DNA of 57,129 nucleotides from Halocafeteria seosinensis (Eukaryota), in assembly GCA_001687465.1 (NCBI GenBank), contig LVLI01000197.1:1-57129 (forward strand), in the 5' to 3' direction. The notes under the pieces were generated by a model that worked only from the letters and a program-made list of their open reading frames with translations, did not search any database and was not told the DNA's origin. The translations under genes were made by a program, and so were the position numbers. Positions 1-13,113 of this stretch are shown one piece after another; the first letter of the stretch is position 1; the number at the start of each line of letters is the position of its first letter.

Positions 1-1118
1 CACGCCTCTGTCTCTTTCTTTCTTTTATCTTTTTTTAATTTACGGGCGGACCCTCCATGACAAACCCGAGGCTATTTAAACAACTATTTTGCTACTCGCC
101 GCCGGAGATTCTCGGGCTTCGGCACTGCCCTTCAAGAAGCTGTTAAACGTTCCATCGTCACAGAACAATCCAAGTGCGTGTTCTTTGCTACAGAAGGTGC
201 ATTGGTCAAGGGATCCTAGTCAGGACAGGCGTGCACCACTTCAGAGTCTCGAATATAGGTAGAGGGGGATCAATTCTCTGTGTCTTATTGCGGACACCAC
301 CCACGTCGCTCGTCGACAATCAAACTTCCAATTGAATCTCCTCGATTCATTTCCTGCTGGGGCGAATTGAATGCACACCCTCGATAAATATTGTGGCAGT
401 ATAGCTTATGCAACTGTGGCTCTGGTTGAACACAGTTTAACGAATGACTCATAAAGGAGACTCCTGTGGAGTATCTGTGACACGAACTCCGCCCTGTGGT
501 ATGGCTGAGGCACAATGCCGTTCTACAGGTATATGCACTAGGAAACGTAGTAATTACAGAGTCGAGGTGCATCATATCTTTTTCGTGTACCATTCTAAAA
601 CAATGTAGTCTGCTGGTGTGTATGTGCGGAGGTTCCGCTCCGCACCTGTTGATTGGCAATAAAAGCTGCCATTATCTTTCAATAGACTTCAGCAGAGGAC
701 AAATAGGAGTATCTCTTTACACTGTTTCTCTCATTATAGGACAGTTTCCATGTGTACACTGTGGCGAACTCAAGCACTTGCTCTTAACTTGTGTCAGTCA
801 GGTTTGGCCATTTGCCAACCAGACAACAGCATCTTCTTACCCCTCGTTAAGGATAAGTTTGGACAGTCCGCGCAGTCCAGTATACAATCCTAAAGCTCCT
901 TAGGCATAGGAGTATTCCTTATGTGGAGCATGGTCGAAAGCAGTCCCTAAAAGCCTGCACAACGAGTCGACGACAGCAACTTGACACACTTCAAACTAAG
1001 GAAAATGTCAATCTTTTCGTCGATTCAACCCATTTGCGAATAAAATGCCTGAAGGGCGATGGATTATTGGACTATGGGGGATTTTATTGGGTAGCTATCT
1101 GTAGATATTACGAATAAA

Positions 1119-4100
1119 ATGGAATCACCCTCCTCCCTTTCGTCATCTTCCATAACAGAGGTAGGAGGAGCCGGGAACGGGCACTATGGAACACCATCAC
1201 AATCGCCCAATGTTCGGCATCGACCTCCACGAATGGATCTTTCCCTTCACTGTATGTCTCAATATGCTCTCATTGAATCCTTCACTATGTGTTTTATCGT
1301 TTCATGATGTTCTTTCTCTGTCAAACAGACGCTGAAGATCTACATGATGGCGATTCCCCGACCTCTCTACTCCCACCACCTTTGGAACCGCAAACTCCCG
1401 AACACGATATAGGAAGAACGGCGGATCTTCAGGGCACAAATGACTCTCAGGAACATGATAGTGGGTCATCCGATCTCCAATTTCGGTCTCCCCAAAGTAT
1501 GTTGAGCTCAGGAGGAGGCAATAGTTCTTCTGCTTCACGGGGAGCAGCGGTGGATAGCCCTTCCCCACGAGCATCTCCCCCACAGCGTGATGGCAAAGAG
1601 AAGCCATCCAAGCGCCACACTAAATTCTGGATGCCAGATAAAATCGTCAAAGAATGTCAAAATTGTGGCAAGTCCTTCGGAATAGTAAAACGGAAGCACC
1701 ACTGTCGCTGGTGTGGCAAGGTAGGGAATGACTCATAGTTTCAATTCACTACGATCCGTCGTCTTTTTTACCTTGGGATCTTGCTCTCGCTGACAGATTT
1801 TCTGTGCAAATTGTAGCCCCAATTTCTTGGACTTGCGTGAATTTGGTTTGGGAGTACGTGGAAGGCTATGCCATCAGTGCACCAAGCTGGTTCGGGAGGA
1901 GTATGGGAAGCGAAAACTCAGTGAGCTCTGGGAACCGGCAAGTGGCCGCGAGCTTGGCATAGCGTACAAAGGAAATGTAATTTCTACTAAAAACAACATG
2001 AAAGATAGCCTAACAGGCCTTTTGGAATTTAAGCCGAACAAATATACTGGAGAGTCGAGCTCCCGAGGCAATACAGCGGATACAACCAGTGGTGAAACCG
2101 AGGAGCTAGTACCGACGATTCGCACAGGAAAACTAAGGGATTTTAAACCTGAATCAAGACAAAAGCTGCTGTCCATTTTATCGCTGGGTAACTTTGACCC
2201 TAAAGGGGTTGCTGGCCTAGTGCGTCCGTCGAGATATCTCTCTCCATGGGTATTGCCACCCTCAGGCAAGGAGCTTGCCTGGAAGCATCTGCGATCTTCT
2301 CCTTTCTTCGGCCAGAAGGTGCTAAAACATGCACCGATGGAGCATCCAGCTCTTACCTCCGAAGAGTCGAAAACCGTCCATGTATTGACTACGTGGATGA
2401 AGCGCCATTTACTACATGCGCTTTTGAGATCAGGTTTCTCTAGTCCGCAACTTATGGGGCTACCGCGTGGTCTGGAATGCATGTTGTTGTGCCTGAAAAG
2501 CATATCCATTATCGCAGATGTCATTGCCCCGCATGTAAGCAATACTTCAATACAATTGTAACTGCAACGGCTGCTTGTTCCACGGCTGTCTGTTGACCGT
2601 TTGTCGCTCCAGGTACGAAGCGGCGATGTCAATGATCTACGGCGATACGTAGTGATAAAGTCTCTGCCGTCAAAGTCAGAAGTATCACGGTCTAGCGTAC
2701 TTTCCTCTCTTAATTCTTTGGGCTATCGACCTCTTCTTGAAGAAATTGGAGTTAGTGATGAAAAGAATCACAATCCAATCAACTTGCAGGATATTTTAAA
2801 GAGGCTATTTTGTTTAACGGCATCCATGGAGTGGAATAAACTAAATGAACGCCAAGGATTGAGCCATGCAAGCAATTTGGATACCGAGTTTAGTAGTGGT
2901 CGAGGTGTGTCTCCAAGCGATGGACGCAGAACGAGTACATGCGCAGACTATAGCGTTGGAGACAGCGAAGTACTTCCGGGAAGTGTCGTATTCAAGAAGA
3001 GTTTACCTCATAAGAACATGCCTGACGAATTAGACAACCCACGGGTTGTTCTGTTGAACGATTCTTTAAGCTATGACAGCGGTAGTAACAAAGAAATGTC
3101 ATCATTGGACGCCTTGCAGCTTCAAGAGCAACACTATACCGAGATTATTGTTTCGAAGCTGCTTCTTTTGGATCCAGACTTGGTTGTGGCTTCCGGTAGT
3201 ATATCGAATTTAGTATTGAAGCGTCTGCTTGAGATCCGGAACGGAAATGGACGGTCTTCTTCCCCGACTTCGAAGAGCAAATCGCGGCGTATCGTGCTCC
3301 TCTCTAATGTTAAACCAAGGGTACTATACCGCCTATCCAGGTGCACGGGAGCGTTGATTCTCTCTTCAGTTCATCACATTGACAAAATGGACCCACGCCA
3401 CATCGTTGGATACGCTCGAAGGTTCTATGTGCGGCGCGAAGCACAGAAAGCCCTGAAGAGTGGCCGCCGTCAACAGTCAAATGAGAGCTCATTTGTTGAC
3501 GCTGCGGCTGCTCTTTCACGAATTCAAGAAAACAACTCCAGTTCTTCGTATTCTTCTTCACAGCTCTGTGTTGTCGAAGGCGCTTCACCCGAGTTAATTG
3601 GAACAATAATACTATACGGAGATAAGAAGATTGTGAGGCTTCTCAAGAGGATCATCAGAGGTGGACTACATATAGCGTACCATTTGCGAACGGAATCAAA
3701 TTATTATAGGGATTGCAAAGTCTATCCTTGCTCTCAGTTCTCTACAGGTGAACTGGCCGGTGTACTGAAGCAGTACAGGGGTACGGAGGGCCAGCAGTCC
3801 TTTTCCGCCGGCGTCAACTTCGGACTTGCACAATTTTCATCTGAGCAGGACATTTCCGACAGCTATAATGCTATTGTCTCCTGTAGCGCTGCGTCTCCAG
3901 AGATGGTTTTTTCCTTTTCCCCGTTTATTCGTATCCATAGCCAGTTCTCAATCCGAAGCATGCTTCAACATGCTGCGCGGCTATCGAATCAACCGTATGA
4001 AGCAATGTTTCGAGCCTGTTCGGAAGAGTTCAAGATCAACGCGATTGTACTCGAACGACTCCTTGAAAACCCCATTTCTTTAGACCATGGGACTGCTCTG

Positions 4101-7100
4101 ATAATCATTCTCTGCGGTCTTGAACGGAAACTGGAATTGCCTGAGCACACCTATTTCCTTCCCACGTTGGCAGAAAGCATTGCTTCTGAACGAATTGCTC
4201 TCACTCGCTGCTGGATTGCAGAGGGGAGACTATTGGCGCAGCCACAAAGCGTCATTGCGGATTTCTATGCGTCCGATGACTTTTCTCTGGGCCAGTTTTT
4301 AGAATACCTATGCTTCTCGGATACTCTCATCCAACGTGTTGTTGATGAGAAGTACTCGGCATCGACACTCGGCCTGACGTTTACGCATGGTGATAAACGC
4401 ATGGAAATTAGCGTTACGCTAACAGCTTCAGCATTTGTAGCTGACGACTTCAAGTATTCCTCCAAAAAGAACAGGCTTCAGGCAAGAGAAGATGAAGCGA
4501 CGCAAATGCACCTGACCAAAAACGAGTTGCCAGCACTCGCTGATAGCGACACCGGCATCCTTGTATGGGTATGTGGGGTCAATAAACGTAATCGACCATC
4601 CTTACTGTCAAGGGCTGCTTGGCAGATGAGCTTCGGAAAATTCCTGGAACTCTCCTTTTACGGCCGTGGCTACCAAATGTTGACCTATTCTTTCGATACA
4701 GACAGAGAAATTCATATGGGGATAGATGACAGCTTCTTGCTGAATGAGAAAGAAATTAGTAAGCAGTGTTTTGCGAAAGGCGACAGAATGGCTAGTTTTC
4801 GCGTTGTCAACGCTGAGCGCTATACTGTTTGCTCTTGTGCGCGGCTGGAGCAAAACAATGAGTGGATGCGCAAAGTACGCGCGCGTGAATTAGCCGAGTT
4901 TCACTATTTAGCAGAAGACCGCTATTCGATTCATCTGTCCGTACTTGGAAATCTAGCCTCCCACTTCGGCGTCGGTTCGCCTCTTACAGAGTCGAGTGAA
5001 GAACCAACGGAGGAGTCATCCCGTGGAAGGCAAACATGGAACAAGAGCGACATATTTGTGCCTCCACCGTCTATTATATACGACTCTGGGCTCCATCACG
5101 TTGAACCTTCATCTCTTTCATCCCAGAGACTGGAAAGGCGCATATCGGAACTTCATCGGGAAGCGAAGATTTTACGATGGTGGGTCCGCTCGTTAGTGCT
5201 TCCTTCATCTTCGCAACGGCAGGCCTCTAAGACTGAAAGGACGAATTTCGATGCCAAACTGAACGAAATGGATAGCGATTGGAGGCACAAGTGGTTCCAT
5301 TCGGATGCCCTCAGCATCCACTCACTTCTCGCAATTTGGGCAACTAGGATTGAAGACCTTGAAACAGAAATTAGAAAGCTAGCTGAGCTAGCTCTCCCGA
5401 CGCCAAACAAAAGCAATAATTTGAAAGGCACCCGTGGAGAGGGGGAGAATATTCTCCCAAACGCGCCCGGTATCAAAGAAGCGCACTTCAGTACGTCTGA
5501 CGGGGGCAGTGACCCTTCTATGCCGGCACGGGGATTGGCAGAGCGAGCAAGTGGGGATCATTCTCCTGCGCCGAATGATAATAGTGTTCGCTTTAAATCA
5601 ACTCACAGTGCTGCTGAAGCTTCAGCGATACCGGTTCGAAAATCGTCGAACACCGACAGACGCTCAAAGCCCAAGAACAGGGCTCTTCCTCAAGCATGGC
5701 GCATGCCAACCAACCCTGAGACCGGGGATGAGAAACATGCCTCATCCCAAGACGAGCCCCCATCTCCTCAGCGTGATGGTACACCCACGCCTCCTGGCTC
5801 TGCTGTTGCACGCGGTATGTCTACTGACAAGCGCAAGACGGTGTTTGACGTCTTTAAGAATCCCCGGGGACCTGAAAGACAATTGAATGGATCTGAGGAC
5901 AGAACAAACATTGAATCAGATAGCCCAGTTGCGGCACCATCCGAGGATGCTACTCCTCCTAGCAGTACAAAGAAAGTGGACGTCACTCTGCCTCCACTTC
6001 CTTCGAGGTTGGCCAATGGACATATGTCTCTCCCCTCAGGACGCTATGGGATAGTAATTTTGGTCAATGAGGATCTGCCTTCCACAATAATCGCAAGAAC
6101 GTTGGTAGAGGAGGCGTACTTGAGCCATCTCTCTTCAGCAATGGAAAAAATGGTGTATGGATCCAGTCGTTCTACCACTGCAGAGAGGGAGGAAGAAATG
6201 CCAAAGAGGAGACATCGTCCGGAACAAAGGGAAGCCAAGGATGAAACAAAGAATGAGTATCGCGCATCTTCCAGTCCTATACGCAGCAAAGGAAAGAGCT
6301 TTGATGAAGAGCAATTTCGGGATATGTATAGGACGTCTCGTGCCCACTCCTCATATAACGTCACATTCTCATGCTTGCGAGATTTTCTGCATGAAGGCAA
6401 AGCTACCGATGGCAAAGAAGCTTATCGTTGCACTGCGCCTGGGACCTTGGAGATATTGCAAGGTCGCCAAGCGATTGCGTTACCTTTACCTCCTGAGTTC
6501 ACTCAATCGAGTAAAACGGCTTCGACGCATCTAGACAGAGGAAAGAAGGCAATGCAATCTATGAACGATGTTATAAGCAGAAGAAGATCCGCTACCGTTG
6601 GCACCAGCGTCAACTCTACGCTGCATCACTATCAAGCCTCGCAACCAACTCCACTGCAAAAAGCAAACAGTGTCCCAGAGACAGTACCTGACGTGGATAC
6701 TGGAGAGATGGATGATGGCAGAATGGGGCAGCAGCCCGAAGTTTCACATAATCGTGGAAGAGATGTTAGCCTCTTCCCCTCTACAGGAGGTCGACACGTG
6801 AAGAAATTTAAGACACTAAGTTCGTACGGTCAATCACTTAAATATGGCTTTAAGAAGCCTACGGTCCCAAGCCCACGACAACGAAATACTGCTTCAGGAT
6901 CTCTTGGAGACGATAGAGTTGAGGACTCTCCAGCGGATGAGCGATCTCATGGGGACTCAATGGAAATGGAAACCGAATCTCTTGTGGGCTCCCTAATTAG
7001 TGCAGAGGCGGTTCCAGATTTTGCGACGGATAACAATCAGGACAAAGACAGCTCGGAAAGAGGAAGCGGGAGTAAGTCCACATGGCAATGGGCGGAACAG

Positions 7101-8417
7101 CTGTATGCTTCGTCTGGGGAGCGGGGAGCTGCTACTGCAGTCGCGAGAAGCACCGAAGTGGGCATACCTAGTAGCAGAGCTGGTGAAGATCCGAACCACA
7201 CTGCTCCTGGCAGCAAGAGACAAAACGAAAACGACGCATCTGGCGATGAGAAAATCAGTGTTGAGCAAGTAATTTCTGTACCTGGTGTAATAGAGGCATC
7301 AACTGCCACTGATGAGCAGTTGAATCGATGGAATCGCATAGGAGTAGATCTTCCAGACGACCCACGGCGACTGCTTCGCAGTAAGACTAGGGTAGATATC
7401 GCAGTAATGTTTCAAGATTACTCGAAGGGGATGACTTCCAGAATAGATGTCTTGGCTGTGTGGGCTCCGCACTTCCACGCTTTGCGATGCATGTACCTTG
7501 ACAACCCTCGTAGTTTCATTGAATCTTTGGCATGGTCGGAATTATGGTCTTCTGGCGGGGGAAAGAGTGGTGCAGGCTTTTGGAAGACTGAAGATGAGCG
7601 ATTCGTTATCAAGGAAGTCAACGAAGTCGAATTCCAGGATATGTTTGGGGAACATCGCCAAGAACGTGCTTACAACTATTTTAGTCATATGAGTCGCTGT
7701 TTCGATGCAAAGCAAGGAGGGCAGGGTTCTGGGTTGCTAATAAAAATCCTGGGCGCATACCGAATTTCTATGAGAGGAAGCAAGAAAACCAAGCGGGATA
7801 AGGCTCGACATGTTCTGGTCATGGAAAATCTGTTTTATTCCGTCAATATTAATCGTGGAATGGCATTCGACTTGAAGGGCAAAGAGCGGGAAAGGAAATT
7901 CGACTCTGAGAAAGTAGGCAGTGCTAAAGCTGGGGACCCTAAAACGTTGAAAAGCAACCAAGTACTGTTTGATTCTGATTTGTTAGCATTCACTGGGGGT
8001 AATCCGATTATGCTAACCGAAAAATCGTATGATTTCTTAATGCGACAATTAGAAGTAGACACGACGTTCTTGCGGGAACAAGATATAATGGACTACTCCC
8101 TGCTGCTTGGAGTGGACACAGAACGGAAGCAAATAGTGGTTGGAATTATCGACTATCTGCGGACGTATGGTATCGTCAAGTTCATGGAGAGTCACGTCAA
8201 ATCAATAACCGAAGTAGCGCCGACAGTGCAGCCGCCGCCTTCGTATCAGCGAAGGCTGCTACAGTCTGCTCGAAAATATTTTATGTCCGCACCTACAAAA
8301 GCTACAACGATGGATTCACAAATGAAGACACTTCTTGACCATTACATGACTCAATTACGGTGGGAAAGAGAACGGGGCGAATGTGGGACACACTCGGCTT
8401 CGGAGACACATTCGTAG
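1119..8417 (+). CDS. FAB1: 1-phosphatidylinositol-3-phosphate 5-kinase (FAB1/PIKfyve); 4 exons: 1119-1251, 1329-1720, 1797-2534, 2613-8417
   Basis: FYVE motif WMPD..CQNC..RKHHCRWCG|IFCANC is joined in frame across a GT-AG intron. CCT/TCP1-like region (VFKKSLPHKNM..NPRVVLL), MSFGKFLEL, and PIPK kinase motifs GGKSG, DLKG, MDYSLL, IIDY. Introns of 77, 76 and 78 nt preserve frame. Confidence 0.95.
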
Positions 8418-8814
8418 CCAAAAGGGGATATATCAGAATATGCAGGAGGCCTTCTTTTAGTTGTGTCGACAACAGCAACTCTTTCTAAGCATTGAATGCC
8501 ACACTAAATCCCGAAAGAATATCTTAAGTATCGTTATCTGGTCTCTCTCATTCAACAGACTGGTGATTCAGGCACGTGGCTGTGAACTATAGTCTACAGA
8601 TCGTACTCGTTTTAGATCCACAGGGCTAGTCAATACAAGCAAAACAACACCCGATACTGTGAAACCCCTGTGGAGGCTCAACGGTCTATTACGTGGGAGA
8701 TACGACAGCATACCGTTGTACTTCGTAAATTCCGTCAATCACCAACACAGAACTTCGTCAAGCGAGCTTGAAGTCCCAAGTCCTTGCATCCGGTACCCCG
8801 CAAAACTATCAGCA

Positions 8815-10830
8815 ATGGTAGCGGCTATTTCGTACACGATATCAACCCATATGCAGCTGTGGGTCGTTCTGCTGACGTCACTACTACTGGCTGAGCGAAC
8901 ATACTCGGCTGATCAATCTGGAAGGGCTGCGCGGTTAGAGAGTCTCAACGGAACTAAGGGTTTTCGGATAGAGCACATGCAGCAGGAGGGAAGCTGGATA
9001 CGCCCTGTTGGAGATATTAACAACGATAGCATGCATGATTTTGCCGTGGTAAGCACAAAAGCACATACAAGGCTTACTCAGGTGTTTCTTGGGAGGACGA
9101 AGTCAGCATTTGCTCCCAGACTGGACTCCAACGACAAGAACGGAACCTGGAACATAGTAGCAGATGATGTCGACGACCATAGGAGAGTACAAGGTCCTAC
9201 TAATGGGATTCTGGGAGACATAAATAATGACGGAATTGACGATATGTTTCTTTTTGAGCAAACTATGCGCCAAAATCGTTGGATTGAAGATTATAACTAC
9301 TTTGACGATGACAACTACGAAGATAACGATGACCTCCCCGGTACGTTTGTTACCGTTTCCGTCCTTTTTGGTGACGGCTTCACCGATCTCAGCGTCGAAC
9401 TTCCCCATCTCGATTCTTCCGGAGCCGAAGGCTTTTTCCTTTTAATCAGGCTCGAGTCCGACCAAGACACACTCCACCATGTACGACCATCAGGCATCGG
9501 AGACTTTAACGGAGATGGAGTGGACGACATAGCAGTATTTTTCGCTTCCCGGCCGGACACGCGATGGCTACAAACAGTCTATGTTGTGTTCGGGCGGAAG
9601 AAAGGCGAGGCTCAATTCCCAAAGCTGATGTCTGTCGACGAACTAATGGACGGAAAAGCGGGACTTCAGATACTCATGCCCGATATAAAGCACATCCAAA
9701 CGGAAGCTGGCCCCCAAGGCAATGTAACCTCTCTTGGCGATGTTAACGGTGACGCTATTAGCGATTTTGGAGTATACTCAAATGGTACAGGCTACGTGCT
9801 GTTTGGGAGTCGCAAGAAGTTCAACGCCCGATTCCATATTTCCACGTTAGATGGGGCCAATAACGGATTCATAATGACAGATGACCATCTTCCAAGAGAC
9901 CAGGGTCTATACCAACTAGTTGGCGCCGGAGATATAAACGCTGATGGGCTAGCAGACATTATAATATTTACTCAAAGGAGCGCTAAGAAGCTGTACGTTC
10001 TGCTAGGGCAAGCTCAACCCTTCCCCCGGATTGTCAACATTGGAAGTACACAGGTAAAAAACAAGTTTGAACTGAGGTTTCCGTCCGCCCTGAAGCCGTT
10101 GTCAGCAGTTGGAATAGGTGATTTCAATGGAGATGGCACTGACGACATATTGACATCTGAACAGTTCTACTCTGGGCTAATGTACTTCTTCATTTTCTTG
10201 GGTCACAGACTGACTCAGAGTGGAAGCTATCCCGAAAAGATAGAACTCTCTCCAGACAGCAATAGCTCCTTCTTGCTCACGTTTCGCTGCAACGGTGACG
10301 GCATATTTTTCAACAATGCAGGCTTAGGAGACGTCAATGGAGATGGCTTCAGTGATGTTTTCATGAGTTGTCGAGTGAGTGGACACCCCCCGTTGAATAC
10401 AATCGTTTACGGACACGCCAGTGGTGACACACGCCCTCATTCTTCCACAAAACAGCATGCACCTCTGACTACAGCCGACATTGTCGGAATAGCGTGTGGT
10501 GCCTCAGCTTTTCTGGCTTCCGTTGTCGGTATCGCATATTGCAGACGCAAGCGCCTTTCAAAGTCGGCCGAAACACCCACTGAGGACGAGCCAAGTATCC
10601 AATTTACTCAAAATGATATCGAGAGCAGCGAAGCTGCACAGTCTGGGTATTCAAAACTTACTGGTGAGGAGACGTCAAATATCCGATCCTCCCAGTATAA
10701 TAAAAAGACTGGTCATTCGATGTTTAATAAGAGTCGTCTTCCTGTGGCGTTCACCACTGCTTCCAAGTGGGACGCGCAAGTTCCCCTTCTTGACCAAACC
10801 GGCGATGAAACCAATGAAGACTCACATTAA
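8815..10830 (+). CDS. FG-GAP repeat (integrin-alpha-like beta-propeller) type I membrane protein, intronless; start may be 8851
   Basis: Seven GDxN(G/N/A)D-type Ca-binding motifs, a signal-like N-terminus (MQLWVVLLTSLLLA), and a TM helix IVGIACGASAFLASVVGIAYC followed by RRKR. Confidence 0.85.
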   Translation: MVAAISYTISTHMQLWVVLLTSLLLAERTYSADQSGRAARLESLNGTKGFRIEHMQQEGSWIRPVGDINNDSMHDFAVVSTKAHTRLTQVFLGRTKSAFAPRLDSNDKNGTWNIVADDVDDHRRVQGPTNGILGDINNDGIDDMFLFEQTMRQNRWIEDYNYFDDDNYEDNDDLPGTFVTVSVLFGDGFTDLSVELPHLDSSGAEGFFLLIRLESDQDTLHHVRPSGIGDFNGDGVDDIAVFFASRPDTRWLQTVYVVFGRKKGEAQFPKLMSVDELMDGKAGLQILMPDIKHIQTEAGPQGNVTSLGDVNGDAISDFGVYSNGTGYVLFGSRKKFNARFHISTLDGANNGFIMTDDHLPRDQGLYQLVGAGDINADGLADIIIFTQRSAKKLYVLLGQAQPFPRIVNIGSTQVKNKFELRFPSALKPLSAVGIGDFNGDGTDDILTSEQFYSGLMYFFIFLGHRLTQSGSYPEKIELSPDSNSSFLLTFRCNGDGIFFNNAGLGDVNGDGFSDVFMSCRVSGHPPLNTIVYGHASGDTRPHSSTKQHAPLTTADIVGIACGASAFLASVVGIAYCRRKRLSKSAETPTEDEPSIQFTQNDIESSEAAQSGYSKLTGEETSNIRSSQYNKKTGHSMFNKSRLPVAFTTASKWDAQVPLLDQTGDETNEDSH

Positions 10831-11227
10831 CGTCATGTTGCTCCTCTGTATCACCTGTTCAGTGATCTCAGATCTGTATACATCTCTACCAGGTAGTAAG
10901 ACGGTGCTGAATTCCAAGATGGACTTCACAGAGTCCATCGCCGCTAGCTCATTTCCCCATGAACTTTCAGCGCTCCAATTAGCACTGTATTTCCGTACAC
11001 CATTTATACATAAGTTGACAAAGCCCCATTAACCATTATGATCCATGATCATGATAATCGCAGCTGATGTGGAAAGGTATCACATTTGTTTGTTCGGTAG
11101 GGTGGAACTCTTCGGCTCGTAGGTCATACATGGAGCCCAATCGGATGGAAGATGATCAATGTTGCATTGATACAGTCGAAACTGTAAACCTGCGCAAATT
11201 ATTGATTGCTTCGTAATTCTGCAAACG

Positions 11228-13113
11228 ATGAAAATTGCGGTCATTGGAAGCGGTCTAACAGGCCTGACCGCCGCCTATTGCCTGGGGGAGAAGCACTCCG
11301 TGCATTTGTATGAGCGCCATAATGAAGGTATGTCCCGTTTATCGCTCTCTTTGTAGGCTTACTCAGTATACTCCTCGGTGGGAGTGTCCATAGATTGTCG
11401 TGGTATTGAGAAATAGGCCTCTTACGTGGTGAGTCGCGTTTGAAGGGGGCCAAAATGCTCAACATTCCACGAAAGTGGTATTTCTGGACTCCGACACGAT
11501 ACCCAATGGATGTAATGCTTCATTGCAGTTGGTATGGACGCGTACGGATGTGATCTGGAACTGAGCGACGGAAGTACATGCCGAGTCGATGTGCCGCTAC
11601 GAGTCATCTCCCCAGGGTATTACCTAAACCTGATGTCTTTTTACGAGGAAGTGGGGATTGGATTGAAGCAAGAAGTAAGGAAGTGTTTCGATTCCGGTAT
11701 ACGAGCACTTCACCTTTGAAACTGGTTTTTGTTGTTGCGATCGATGACTTGCCGATGCAGCACTACTCGTTCTCATTTTCCGATATGGTGACAAAGGGAA
11801 ACGATGGCGGTTTCATTACTGATACTTACTGGTCCAACTGTAACTGGTTTTTATTTCGGAAAGTTTTCCCTACTCCTTCCTTTTCGTCGCTCTTCTCTCC
11901 TACTTCTTGGCGAGTATCATGGCACTTCCTGAAGTTTTTAATCTTAGCCAGACAAGACTGCAACAACGAAGAATTCGAAAGGATATCGTTTAGAGACTGG
12001 CTAAAATATCGGAGGTTTTCGGACCGAGTTATTAATGAGTTTGTATTTCCTTTGGTTTCTGGTATGTGTCAATGGACTGTGTCTTCTTGGTGTAAAATTT
12101 TTTGTGGCAACGAAAATGTCATTCGCAGGGATACTGACGTGTGACTTTGAGGAAGTAGGAAACTATCCTGCCGGTATTTTGCTACAGTATATGGCAAGCG
12201 GTATGGGAGAAGGAGTTCATAGGGCTACAGGCGGAAGCCGAACAGTATGTGAACGTCTTACGCGACGGTGTGAAGAGGTTCGCTTAAATGCCAGAGTAAA
12301 AGAGGTCCGAACTCGATACAAGCAAGACTCTCGTTCGTTCGATTCGGTAGAACTGATACATGAGGACGGAACCAAAGAGGTATATGATAGAGGTGTGTAG
12401 GACGATATGCGCGTTTTGTGTCGGACGTCGACAAAATGTATTGAATGCAAATTACAGTTGTCATAGCCACACAAGCAAATCAAGCGCTGAGCCTACTTAA
12501 GAGCAGCACGTCCCAAATAAGGAAAGCACTGGAGGAGTTCACTTATAGCTCCACTAACATTATATGTCATACAGATCCCAGTGTGATGCCAAAGGATCGG
12601 AAGGACTGGAAAGTCATAAACTTCGGTGTTGACAGAAGTAGGACGAGCCAACGAAGCATGATTACCATCTATATGAATGCCCTCCTTCCTGAATTGAAAC
12701 ACGAGCGAGATATATTCCAAACACTAAATCCGTCAGTAAGGCCAAGCGAACAAACGATTATCGAACAGAACTGGTTAGACCGACCAGTATGCACTCCCTC
12801 TACTCTTCAAGCTGTTGATACTATTAAACAGTGCCAGGGGGAAGGCGGAGTCTATATTTGTGGGAGCTATTGTGTTCACGGTGTGCCCTTGTTAGAAGGG
12901 GCCGTAACGAGTGCATGCGAAGTAGCGCAGCACCTAGGTGTTTCTCCGAGCTTTCTTCAGAGAAGCTGTGGTAGCAGTGGCATTAAAACCGGTCCAGATA
13001 CAGCTGATAGTCCTGATGTACAACATCCGATAGGCTTGAAACATTTAGCTGCTATGGGTATTGTTCTCGGTGGTTCTTTATGTTGTTACCTGTTGAAGCA
13101 TTCCATAAAATGA
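11228..13113 (+). CDS. FAD/NAD(P)-dependent oxidoreductase (amine oxidase-like); exons 11228-11327, 11529-11674, 11761-12061, 12129-12392, 12458-13113
   Basis: N-terminal Rossmann motif MKIAVIGSGLTGLTAAY..YE, then VGMDA..VDVPLR, HTDPS.MP, and C-terminal GSY..GVPLLEGAVTSA. Four GT-AG introns restore frame. Confidence 0.85.
11368..11510 (+). ncRNA. Candidate structured RNA element inside intron 1 of the FAD oxidoreductase
   Basis: Nested complementary segments found by eye (agaaata/tatttct, ggcctctt/aagggggcc, ccac-GAAA-gtgg, gtcgtg/cacgat) in a 201-nt intron. No known family recognised. Confidence 0.4.

Noticed and set aside
285..1117. Short ORFs upstream of FAB1, including a kinase-like 'VHEKDMMHLD'
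   Set aside because: No further kinase motifs in any frame I checked; probably non-coding or unrecognisably decayed.
1874..2632. 252-aa antisense ORF and the many other shadow ORFs over long genes
   Set aside because: They overlap well-supported opposite-strand CDSs and carry no motifs.
11417..11425. GCCTCTTAC resembles U5 snRNA loop I (GCCUUUUAC)
   Set aside because: There is a mismatch in the invariant loop, the flanks do not close a U5 stem, and no Sm site is apparent.
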